A stretch of DNA of 55,014 bases, taken from NCBI GenBank assembly GCA_036263155.1, contig DATAHN010000043.1, positions 1 to 55,014 on the forward strand. The letters run 5' to 3'. The translations under genes and the position numbers were made by a program. The notes below the pieces were generated by a model. It saw only the letters and a list, made by a program, of their open reading frames with translations. It was not told where the DNA came from and ran no database searches. Source of the DNA: Gammaproteobacteria bacterium (GTDB lineage Bacteria; Pseudomonadota; Gammaproteobacteria; Natronospirales; REEB76). Of the stretch, positions 18,858-27,465 are shown piece after piece (the stretch's first letter is position 1; each line of letters starts with the position of its first letter).

Positions 18858-19787
18858 ATGGATGCGCGCCAGCGCGGAGTCGCGCTCATCACCGCGCTGG
18901 TGGTGCTGGCCATCGCCGCCGGCATGTCCGCCGCCATGATCTGGCAGACGGGGCTCGACGAGCGGCGCACCGCGACGCTGGTGCAGGGCGACCAGGCCCT
19001 GGAGTATGCGCTGGGCGCAGAAGCCTGGGCCGGCCAGATCCTCTCGCGCGCCGCGCGCAAGAACCAGGGTGTCACCGCCTTGAGCCAGGACTGGGCGCAG
19101 CAGCTGCCGCCGCTGCCGGTGGACGGCGGCCAGATCCAGGGCCGCATCGAGGACTTGCAGGGCCGCTTCAACGTCAACAACCTGGTGAATGCCCAGGGCG
19201 TGATCCAGGCTCCGATAGTGGAGCAGTTCCACCGTCTCTTGCAGGCGCTCGAACTCGACCCCGCGATCGCCGACGCCACCGCCGACTGGATGAGCCCCGG
19301 CACCGGCGCGAGCCAGGGTGGCGCCAAGGACGACTACTACTCGCGCCTGCAGCCGGCCTACCTCACCTCCGGCGTGCCCATGAGCAGCATCAGCGAGATG
19401 CTGCTGGTCAAGGGCGTGACGCCGGCGGTCTATGCCCGGCTCTCGCCCTACCTCTCGGCGCTTCCCCCGCCCCTGGGCGGCGGCGCCACCACCGTGAACG
19501 TGAACACCGCCCCGGGGCCGGTGCTGGAGTCGCTGGATCCGCACATCACGCCCGACCTCGCCTCACAGGTGATCGGCGAGCGCGGCAGCGTGGTGTTCAA
19601 CACCGGCAACCCGCCCCAGGCGTTCACCGCGGCGAACCTCGCCCCCAAGGGCATCGGCTACGACAGCCAGTACTTCCTGGTGACAGTGGACGCGGAGATT
19701 GGCACCACTCACGTCACCCTGTACAGTCTGCTGCTGCGCAACGGCGTCAACGTGACCACCGTGCGCCGAACCCTCGGGACCCTCTGA
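18858..19787 (+). CDS. gspK: T2SS minor pseudopilin K
   Basis: QRG/VALITALVVLA, IEDLQGRFNVNNL, VNVNTAP. Confidence 0.9.
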   Translation: MDARQRGVALITALVVLAIAAGMSAAMIWQTGLDERRTATLVQGDQALEYALGAEAWAGQILSRAARKNQGVTALSQDWAQQLPPLPVDGGQIQGRIEDLQGRFNVNNLVNAQGVIQAPIVEQFHRLLQALELDPAIADATADWMSPGTGASQGGAKDDYYSRLQPAYLTSGVPMSSISEMLLVKGVTPAVYARLSPYLSALPPPLGGGATTVNVNTAPGPVLESLDPHITPDLASQVIGERGSVVFNTGNPPQAFTAANLAPKGIGYDSQYFLVTVDAEIGTTHVTLYSLLLRNGVNVTTVRRTLGTL

Positions 19788-19789
19788 GC

Positions 19790-21013
19790 ATGGCCGAATC
19801 CCTCTACCTGCACCTGCCGCGCGCCGCCGGGCCCGCCCACTGGCTGCTGGTGGACAGCCTGGGCAACCGCATCGGCCACGTGCAGCAGGGACCCATCGAG
19901 GATGCCTTGCCGTTCGCCAAGGGCCGGCGCGTCACTGTGCTCATGCCCGGTGAGCAGGTCACGCTGCTGCACGTGGATGTGCCGAGCCGCAATCCGCAGA
20001 AGGTGCTGCAGGCGGTGCCCTTCATGCTCGAGGACAAGCTGGCGGAGGACGTGGAGTCGCTGCATTTCGCGCTCGGCGACCGCACCGAAGCCGGCCAGCT
20101 GGTGGCGGTGGTGAGCCGCGCACGCATGCAATCCTGTCTCGACACGCTCGCCGCGGCCGGTATCGCGCCGCGCCAACTGATACCGGACGTCTGCGCCCTG
20201 GTGCCGGAACCTGGCACTGCCGCCGTCGCGCTGGACGGTGACGCCGCACTGGTACGTTTCGCTGAAGGCGGAGGCTTCGCCACCGACCTCGTGCTGGGCG
20301 CGCCTCTGCTCAAGCGCCGCGCCTTCGAGAGCGGCGGCGCCCTCACCCGCGTGGAGCTGTATGGCACCGAATCCGATATAGAGACCTTCGATGCGACGCT
20401 GGGCGACGCATCGCTGGAGCGCGTGAAGCACCCGAATGCGGACGGCGCACTGCCGGCCCTCGCGGCAGAGCTGCGCGGCCAGCGCGGTCTCGATCTTCTG
20501 CAGGGCGACTTCCGCCTGCAGACGCCGCTGCAGGAGCACTGGCACACTTGGCGCGTGGCGGCGATATTGCTCGCGCTCTGCCTGCTGCTCGGTTTCACCG
20601 AGCAGATCACCTCCTACGTGCGCCTGCGTCACCAGGCTGCGGCGCTGGATTCCCAGGTGGCCGAGTTCTACACCCAGGCCACCGGCAGTCCGGTGCCGGA
20701 AGGCACCGATGCACTCACGGCGATGAAGAGCAAGCTCAGAGCGCTTCAGGGCGGCAGCTCCGCCGGCTCCCTGCTGGCGCTGCTGGATGCCCTCGGTGAT
20801 TCCATCGGCGGCAACGCCTCCATCCAGATCACCGGCTTCAACTACCAGGGGGGCAACCTGCAGGTCCAGGTCCAGGCCGGCGACATCGGTGCCCTGGACG
20901 CACTCAAGGGCGCACTCAACCAGCAGGCCGGCGTGCGCGCCGACCTGGATTCCGTCAACGCCGCCGGCAGCCAGGTGACCGGGCGTCTCGTGCTCAGCGG
21001 AGGCGGCGCATGA
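19790..21013 (+). CDS. gspL: T2SS inner-membrane platform protein L
   Basis: AVPFMLEDKLAEDVESLHFAL, PDVCAL, DLLQGDF, then a TM segment. Confidence 0.9.
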   Translation: MAESLYLHLPRAAGPAHWLLVDSLGNRIGHVQQGPIEDALPFAKGRRVTVLMPGEQVTLLHVDVPSRNPQKVLQAVPFMLEDKLAEDVESLHFALGDRTEAGQLVAVVSRARMQSCLDTLAAAGIAPRQLIPDVCALVPEPGTAAVALDGDAALVRFAEGGGFATDLVLGAPLLKRRAFESGGALTRVELYGTESDIETFDATLGDASLERVKHPNADGALPALAAELRGQRGLDLLQGDFRLQTPLQEHWHTWRVAAILLALCLLLGFTEQITSYVRLRHQAAALDSQVAEFYTQATGSPVPEGTDALTAMKSKLRALQGGSSAGSLLALLDALGDSIGGNASIQITGFNYQGGNLQVQVQAGDIGALDALKGALNQQAGVRADLDSVNAAGSQVTGRLVLSGGGA

Positions 21014-21510
21014 AGCAGTTCGCAGAGCTCAAGGCCTGGTACCTGTCCCTGCAGCAGCGCGAGCAGCGCATATTGATGGTGGGTGCCGTGTTCCTGGTGG
21101 GTATGTTCATCTACCTTGCACTGCTGCATCCCTACTTCGCGAGCCGCTCGCGGCTCACTGCGGACATCGCCTCACACCAGGCCGAGCTCGCCGAGATGCG
21201 GCCCATGGCAGCGCGGCTGCAATCCCTGCGCGGGCAGCAACCCTCCGGCATCCCCGCTGGTCAGTCACTGCTCGCGGTGGTGAGCCGCAGCGCCAACGAT
21301 TCCGGCTTCGGCGCCGCCGTGAAGCAGGCCCAGACAAACCCCGACGGCTCCGTGCGCGTGCAGATGCAGGCGGTGGGCTTCGACAGCGTGATCCGCTGGA
21401 TCGGCACCCTGCGCCGCCAGTATGGCATCTCGGTGCGCGACATGAGCGCGCAGCGCGCGAGCGGCGCCGGCACGGTGGACACCACCCTCACCCTGACCGC
21501 TGGTTCATGA
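21010..21510 (+). CDS. gspM: T2SS protein M
   Basis: WYLSLQQREQRILMVG, single TM, ferredoxin-like C-terminus (FDSVIRWIGTL). Confidence 0.88.
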   Translation: MKQFAELKAWYLSLQQREQRILMVGAVFLVGMFIYLALLHPYFASRSRLTADIASHQAELAEMRPMAARLQSLRGQQPSGIPAGQSLLAVVSRSANDSGFGAAVKQAQTNPDGSVRVQMQAVGFDSVIRWIGTLRRQYGISVRDMSAQRASGAGTVDTTLTLTAGS

Positions 21511-22259
21511 GCTGGCGTGTCCTGCGCTGGTGGCTGCTGGGTGCGGTCGCCTATCTCGTGTTCCTGGGTGCCACCCTGCCCGCCCGATATCTTGCCGACC
21601 GCGCCATGCGCCAGTTGCCCGGGCTCGAACTCAATGGTGTCACAGGCTCCGTCTTCTCCGGCGCCGCGGCGGACGTGCGCTGGCAAGGCACGTCCCTCGG
21701 CGGCATGGCCTGGCGCTTCGACTGGCTCGCGCCGTTATCGGCCAGCTTCGGCTATCGCGTGCACCTGCAAGGCGAGTCGCAGGAACTGGCAACACGCATG
21801 GACATGGGGATGGGCCATCGTCTCTACCTGCGCGGTGTGGACGGGCGCCTGCCCGTCGCGACGGTGATGGCCTGGCTGCCGCTGCCGCCCCGCGCGCTCG
21901 CCGGCTCTTTGACGCTGCACCTGGACCAGCTGAGCTTCAAGGAAGGCAGCCTGCGGTCCGCCCAGGGCGAGGTTGACCTGGACGAGGCAGTGCTGAGCTG
22001 GCCCGCCACCGCCACCCTGGGCAGCTTCCGCATGCTGCTGATCCCGGCCGCCGACGGGGTGGATGCCGAGGTGTCCGACGTGGCGAGCCCCCTGCGGCTG
22101 AACGCCAAGCTCAGCTTGAGTTCCGGGGGCGCCTATCACCTGGCCGGCACCCTGGCGGCCAAAGACCCCGGCGACAGTGCTACCCGCTCCCTGCTGGCGG
22201 GCCTGGGCAATCCCGATAGCACCGGCCAATATCCCTTCGACTTCAAAGGACAATGGTGA
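21507..22259 (+). CDS. gspN: T2SS protein N
   Basis: YLVFLGATLPA, GVTGSVFSGAA; last gene of the gspG-N run. Confidence 0.85.
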   Translation: MSWRVLRWWLLGAVAYLVFLGATLPARYLADRAMRQLPGLELNGVTGSVFSGAAADVRWQGTSLGGMAWRFDWLAPLSASFGYRVHLQGESQELATRMDMGMGHRLYLRGVDGRLPVATVMAWLPLPPRALAGSLTLHLDQLSFKEGSLRSAQGEVDLDEAVLSWPATATLGSFRMLLIPAADGVDAEVSDVASPLRLNAKLSLSSGGAYHLAGTLAAKDPGDSATRSLLAGLGNPDSTGQYPFDFKGQW

Positions 22260-22291
22260 CCGAAATCACTTAGTCTTCCCTTGGTTTTTCA

Positions 22292-22321
22292 TTGACTTAG
22301 AACCGTCTCTTTAAGCATTAT
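22292..22321 (+). promoter_or_regulatory. Candidate sigma70 promoter of the GGDEF-EAL gene
   Basis: TTGACT-N18-CATTAT in an AT-rich intergenic stretch. Confidence 0.35.
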
Positions 22322-22386
22322 TTACGCTCGCTGCGGCTCCGGGAGAAGACCGCACGCAGCCGCCTGACTAAGGTAACCTGCCCACG

Positions 22387-25300
22387 ATGAAGCCGGAAAG
22401 CGCCCTCCACGCCGCGCCCGCGGGGATCCTCTACAGTCTGATGGAACAGACTGCGGGCTTCGCCGGCCAGGACTTCTTCCGCCAGCTGGTGCGCAGCCTG
22501 GCGGAGGCGCTCGACACCGAATACGCCTTCGTCACCAGCCGCCTGCCGGAGGACGCCAACCGCCTGCGGGTGGTGGCCGGCTGGCACGTGAACCATGCTG
22601 CCGGCGGCATGGGCGAGATTGATGTGCCGGGCACGCCCGCCGAGCGGGTGATGTCGGAAGGCCGACTCTGGATCGAGGATGAAGCCGCCACCGCCTTCCC
22701 GGAGGACCGCTGGCTGCGCAAGCACGGCGTGCGTGCCTACTGCGCGGTGGCCATCGCCGGCCCCGACGGCCAGCCCATCGGCCACCTCGGCATCATGTCG
22801 CGCCAGCCGTTCCAGGCCAACGACGAGCTGTTCGATGCGCTCAGGCTCCTGGCCGCGCGCTGCTCGGCGGAACTGCGCCGCCGCCGCTTCGACGAGGTGC
22901 AGCGCCTCGCCGCCGCCAAGTTCGCCACCGCCTTCCGTGCTGCGCCCGGCATCATCGCCATCTCCGAGCTCGACACCGGCAAGTTCACCGACATCAACGC
23001 GGCAGTTGAGCGCATGCTGGGCTTCAGCCCGGCCGAGATCATCGGCCGCACTGCCGTGGAGCTCGGCATCTGGGAGTACCCGGAGGAGCGCGAGGAATTC
23101 CTGCAGGAGCTGCGCCTCAACGGCCGACTCACCAACCGCGAGGCCCACTTCCTGACCCGTGACGGCGAGAAGCGCCGTGGCCTCACCTCCGCCGAGATGG
23201 TGGAGATCGAAGGCAAGCCCTACGTGCTGACCGCGGTGCTGGATGTCACAGACTACCGCTCCACGCTGGATGCGCTGCATCGCCGTGACGTGAGCTACCG
23301 TACCCTGTTCAACACCGGTGGCGATGCGATCCTGGTCTACCCCATCGGCACTGACGGCCGCATCGGCGGCCCCTTCATCGAGGCCAACGACACCGCGTGC
23401 ACCCTGCTCGGCTACGCGCGCGACGAGCTGCTGGAGATCAGCCTCTCGAGTCTCATGGACGCGGAGAAGCTGCGCGAGACCAACACCGCGCTGCTCACTG
23501 ACCAGGCCCTGCTGTTCGACACCAGCCTGCGCGCCAAGGACGGGAGCGCCGTGCCAGTGCGGGTGCATGCGCGCCTGCAGGTGCTGGACGGCATGCACAC
23601 GGTGCTGGCGGTCTGCCACGACCGTCGCGACCAGAGCGTCGGGACTGATTCCGGCACCGGCGAAGCCCTACAGGACGTGGAGAAGCGCTACAGCAGCATC
23701 TTCCAGAACGCAGTCGAGGGCATCTACCAGAGCACCGCAGACGGGCGCATCGTGCGCGCCAACAAGGCGCTGGCCCGCATCCTGGGCTTCGCCGACGCCA
23801 AGGAGCTGATGGCCGCCGGTCCGAGCGTGGCCGAGCGCACCTACCTGCACCCGGAGCAGCGCGCTGAGCTGCTCGCACGCCTGGAGAAGGACGGCCAGTA
23901 CACCGACGAGGAGATCCAGGTCACGCGCCGCGACGGCAGCGTCATCTGGGTCTCGGACAACTCACGGGTGGTGCGGGACAAGTCCGGCAAGGTGGAGTAC
24001 TACGAGGGCACGCTGCACGACATCACCGCACGCAAGCAGGCCGAGGAAGCCCTGGCCCAATCGGAGGAGAAGTACCGCACGCTGGTGGACATGAGCCAGG
24101 ACGGCGTGTTCCTGAGCTCTCACGGGGGCCTGGTGTACGTGAACCGCGCCTTCGCCACCATGCTCGGCTATGAGCCCGAGGAGATGACCGGCCTCTCGTT
24201 CAGTTCATTGCTGGCGCCGGAAGACCGGCACTCCAGCAGCGCCTTCGAGGAAGAGTACGTGCTGCACGCCAGCCACGAACTCCACGAGCTGCGCTTCATG
24301 CACCGCGACGAGAAGACCCGCGTCGTGGCGGCGGTGACTGTGGCGCACGTGCCCTACCGCGGCTCCCCTGCTGTCACCGGCACGGTGCGCGACGTGACCG
24401 CCCAGAAGCGTTCCGAGCAGGAGCTGCTGCGCGGCGCCTACCATGACGCCCTCACCGACCTGCCGAACCGCAGCTTCTTCATGGAGAGGCTGCAGCAGAC
24501 CCTCGAGCACGTCGGCAAGCGCAGCTCTGACCGCTTCGCGGTGCTGTTCCTCGACCTCGACCGCTTCAAGCTCATCAACGATGGCCTGGGCCATTCCTTC
24601 GGCGACCGGGTGCTGGCGGCGATCGCGCGCCGGCTGCGCACGTGCCTGCGGCCCGCCGACCTCATCGCCCGCTACGGCGGCGACGAGTTCACCATCCTGG
24701 TGGAGAACATCACCGGGCTGGACGATGCCACCGCGGTGGCGGACCGGGTGCACGAGGAGCTGGCCCGCGCCATCACCGTGGACGGCCACGAGGTGTTCAC
24801 CAACGCCAGCATCGGCATCGTCATCAACGCGCCACACTACAAGCATCCGGACGAGATCCTGCGCGACGCCGACACCGCCATGTACCGCGCCAAGGCCGCC
24901 GGCAAGGCCGGCTACGTGGTGTTCGACGATGCCATGCACGAGAGCGCCAAGGCCAACCTCCGGCTCGAGACGGACCTGCGCCAAGCCCTGCAGCGCAGCG
25001 AGTTCCGCGTGTTCTACCAGCCGGTGATGGATCTTTCGGCCAACAAGCTCTCGGGCTTCGAGGCGCTGGTGCGCTGGGAGCACCCGACCCAGGGGCTGCT
25101 CGGTCCCGAGCACTTCCTGGCGGTGGCCGAGGAGACCGGCCTCATCATCCCCATCGGCTGGTGGGTGATGGAGACCGCCTGCGCCCAGTTCGCCGCCTGG
25201 AAGAAGAAGTACAAGCACCTCGGCGACGAGATCACCATGAGCGTGAACATCGCCAACCGCCAGTTCGCCCACTGGGTGCTGCCGCAGCGCGTGGCGCGCG

Positions 25301-25740
25301 TGCTGGACATCACCGGTCTCAAACCCAAGCACCTGTGCCTGGAGATCACCGAGACGGTGTTCATGGACAACCCGGCGCTGGCCGTGGAGACCATCGCGCG
25401 CCTGCGCACGGTGGGCGTGAACCTGCAGATGGATGACTTCGGCACCGGCTACTCGTCGCTCTCGGCGCTGCGCCGCTTCAAGATCGATACCCTCAAGATC
25501 GACCGTTCCTTCATCACCGGCATCGAGAAGGCGCGTGCCGACCGCGCCATCGTGCGCACTATCACCGTGCTGGCGGCGGACCTGGGTATGGACGTGGTGG
25601 CGGAAGGCATCGAGGATGCGCGCCAGGTGGAACTGCTCCGCGCACTGGGTTGCCGCAAAGGCCAGGGCTACTTCTTCTCCAAGCCCATGGCCATAACCGA
25701 AGCGGAAAAATATCTGGCTGCCCTCGCCCCGCCCAAATAA
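22387..25740 (+). CDS. GAF-PAS x4-GGDEF-EAL c-di-GMP cyclase/phosphodiesterase
   Basis: N-terminal GAF; four PAS/PAC units; HDALTDLPNR, RPAD I-site, GGDEF; FEALVRW, LEITE, DDFGTGYSSL, VVAEGIE all intact; no TM. Confidence 0.94.
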   Translation: MKPESALHAAPAGILYSLMEQTAGFAGQDFFRQLVRSLAEALDTEYAFVTSRLPEDANRLRVVAGWHVNHAAGGMGEIDVPGTPAERVMSEGRLWIEDEAATAFPEDRWLRKHGVRAYCAVAIAGPDGQPIGHLGIMSRQPFQANDELFDALRLLAARCSAELRRRRFDEVQRLAAAKFATAFRAAPGIIAISELDTGKFTDINAAVERMLGFSPAEIIGRTAVELGIWEYPEEREEFLQELRLNGRLTNREAHFLTRDGEKRRGLTSAEMVEIEGKPYVLTAVLDVTDYRSTLDALHRRDVSYRTLFNTGGDAILVYPIGTDGRIGGPFIEANDTACTLLGYARDELLEISLSSLMDAEKLRETNTALLTDQALLFDTSLRAKDGSAVPVRVHARLQVLDGMHTVLAVCHDRRDQSVGTDSGTGEALQDVEKRYSSIFQNAVEGIYQSTADGRIVRANKALARILGFADAKELMAAGPSVAERTYLHPEQRAELLARLEKDGQYTDEEIQVTRRDGSVIWVSDNSRVVRDKSGKVEYYEGTLHDITARKQAEEALAQSEEKYRTLVDMSQDGVFLSSHGGLVYVNRAFATMLGYEPEEMTGLSFSSLLAPEDRHSSSAFEEEYVLHASHELHELRFMHRDEKTRVVAAVTVAHVPYRGSPAVTGTVRDVTAQKRSEQELLRGAYHDALTDLPNRSFFMERLQQTLEHVGKRSSDRFAVLFLDLDRFKLINDGLGHSFGDRVLAAIARRLRTCLRPADLIARYGGDEFTILVENITGLDDATAVADRVHEELARAITVDGHEVFTNASIGIVINAPHYKHPDEILRDADTAMYRAKAAGKAGYVVFDDAMHESAKANLRLETDLRQALQRSEFRVFYQPVMDLSANKLSGFEALVRWEHPTQGLLGPEHFLAVAEETGLIIPIGWWVMETACAQFAAWKKKYKHLGDEITMSVNIANRQFAHWVLPQRVARVLDITGLKPKHLCLEITETVFMDNPALAVETIARLRTVGVNLQMDDFGTGYSSLSALRRFKIDTLKIDRSFITGIEKARADRAIVRTITVLAADLGMDVVAEGIEDARQVELLRALGCRKGQGYFFSKPMAITEAEKYLAALAPPK

Positions 25741-25743
25741 GCC

Positions 25744-27213
25744 TCAATCCCAACCCGGTTCCGCATAGTATTTGAGCCGTTCGGCGTCTACCGGACGCGT
25801 CACCAGACTCACGCCCACCAGCACGATCACGTTCGCCAGCAGGCCGTAGATGCCCTCGTGCAGCGGCACCGGCTTCAGGGCCGGCGCCAGCAGGAATAGC
25901 ATGTTCACTGCGATGCCTGTGAGCAGGCCGGCCGTGACGCCGGCGGCGGTGGCACGCGGCCAATAGAACGCAGCGATCAGCACTGGGAATATCTGCGCCA
26001 CGCCGCCGTAGGAACCCAGCAGCAACGACACCAGCGAGGCCTTTGACATCATCGCGTAGTAGTACGCCACCGCAGTGATCACCAACACCAGCCCCTGGAT
26101 CAGTCGGCGCTCGCGCTTGTCGTCCAGCGGCTTTCCCAGGAGCGGCACGATACCGTCGCGCACGCCCACCGTGGCGGCGGCGTGCATGATGGCATCCCCG
26201 GTATGCATGGAAGCCGCCAGCGTGCCCGCCGAGGCCAGTCCCACCAGCCAGGGCGAGAGCCCGGCGTGCTGCAGCATGAAGGGCAGCACCGTGTCGGCAG
26301 GCTGGATGCCTGGGAACATCAGCACCGCAGAGAAGCCGATGATCAGCACCGGCACCATGAATACCTGCATGGTCGGGTACATCACCACCATGAGCTTGAG
26401 GCTGCGGTCATCCTTCGCCGCCATGCTGCGCATGAAGAAATGTGGCCAGCAGCAGAAGCCCAGCACCGAGACCACGATCGCCGAACTGTAACCCCACCAG
26501 TCCCAGGCCCCGCCGTCGGCGGTGAGGCCCGGCGGCACCAGCATCGCGGCATGGGGTCCGGACGCGAGGGCATGGAACATGCCCTCCACCCCGCCGTAGA
26601 ATTTCCAGGGCAGGTACAGGCCGAATAGCCAGCCTATGCTCATCATGGCGATGCCCATGAACACGCTGGTCCAGCTCACTCCCAGCATGCCGCTGTAAAG
26701 CACGTACACCGTGACGATGCCGTAGGCGATGAGTGCGCCGGCCCACTCCGGTAGCGCGCCATGGCTCGCCACCGCCAGGATGAGACCGACACCCTTGATC
26801 TGCAGTGTGAGGTAGGGCACCAGTGCGGCGATGCTCAAGAGCGCCACTGCCACCTGCAGGGCGCGGCTGTCGAAACGGTGGCCGATGATCTCCGCCTGGG
26901 TGAAGAAGCCAAGCCTGGCGCCGATGCGACGCGCCCGCGGCCCCAGGAAGTAGAACGGGATCATACCGAAGGCGCCGTAGGACAGGATGTAGAACGCTGC
27001 GGCGCCGCGTGAGTAGGCCCAGCCGGGCCCGCCCAGGAACGCGAACGAGGAGAACACCGCCGCGCCCAGCACGAAATAAAGGAGCACGGTGTTGAGGCTG
27101 CGGTCGCCGGCGACGTAGCCCGCCACGCTCCGGGAGCTGAACCTGGCTGGCAGCATGCCGAGCAGTAGCGCGATGCCGAGGTACACGAGGCACGGGACCA
27201 GCTCGACGGTCAC
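25744..27213 (-). CDS. Sodium:solute symporter (SSS) family protein
   Basis: YVAGDRSL, FSSFAFLGGPGWAY, GTLAASMHTGD; many TMs; GTG start overlapping DUF3311 stop. Confidence 0.9.
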   Translation of the reverse strand: MTVELVPCLVYLGIALLLGMLPARFSSRSVAGYVAGDRSLNTVLLYFVLGAAVFSSFAFLGGPGWAYSRGAAAFYILSYGAFGMIPFYFLGPRARRIGARLGFFTQAEIIGHRFDSRALQVAVALLSIAALVPYLTLQIKGVGLILAVASHGALPEWAGALIAYGIVTVYVLYSGMLGVSWTSVFMGIAMMSIGWLFGLYLPWKFYGGVEGMFHALASGPHAAMLVPPGLTADGGAWDWWGYSSAIVVSVLGFCCWPHFFMRSMAAKDDRSLKLMVVMYPTMQVFMVPVLIIGFSAVLMFPGIQPADTVLPFMLQHAGLSPWLVGLASAGTLAASMHTGDAIMHAAATVGVRDGIVPLLGKPLDDKRERRLIQGLVLVITAVAYYYAMMSKASLVSLLLGSYGGVAQIFPVLIAAFYWPRATAAGVTAGLLTGIAVNMLFLLAPALKPVPLHEGIYGLLANVIVLVGVSLVTRPVDAERLKYYAEPGWD

Positions 27214-27443
27214 CGTCCGCCTCCCCTGCCCGCGCGCATGTCGGCGCGGAAGGTCAGCAGCAGCGCGATGAATACCAGCAGGATGCCCCCCACCAGCCAG
27301 GCCATGCTGAACGGCAGGCCCAGGACGTAGGGCTCGATGCGCGCGGCCACGAGGTAGCCGGGCCAGATGCTGGCGACGAGCACTGCCAGCACCACGCCGA
27401 GCAGCCACTTGTGGCGCCTGGGCGCGCCCCGCTTCCTGTCCAT
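27210..27443 (-). CDS. DUF3311-like small two-TM symporter partner
   Basis: IEPYVLGLPFSMAW motif directly upstream of an SSS gene. Confidence 0.78.
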   Translation of the reverse strand: MDRKRGAPRRHKWLLGVVLAVLVASIWPGYLVAARIEPYVLGLPFSMAWLVGGILLVFIALLLTFRADMRAGRGGGR

Positions 27444-27465
27444 ACGCCCCCTTCTCAAGCGCAGG

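Noticed and set aside
22330-22360. Hairpin in the GGDEF-EAL leader as a c-di-GMP riboswitch
   Set aside because: A stem (gctgcg/cgcagc) exists but the class I and II consensus elements are missing.
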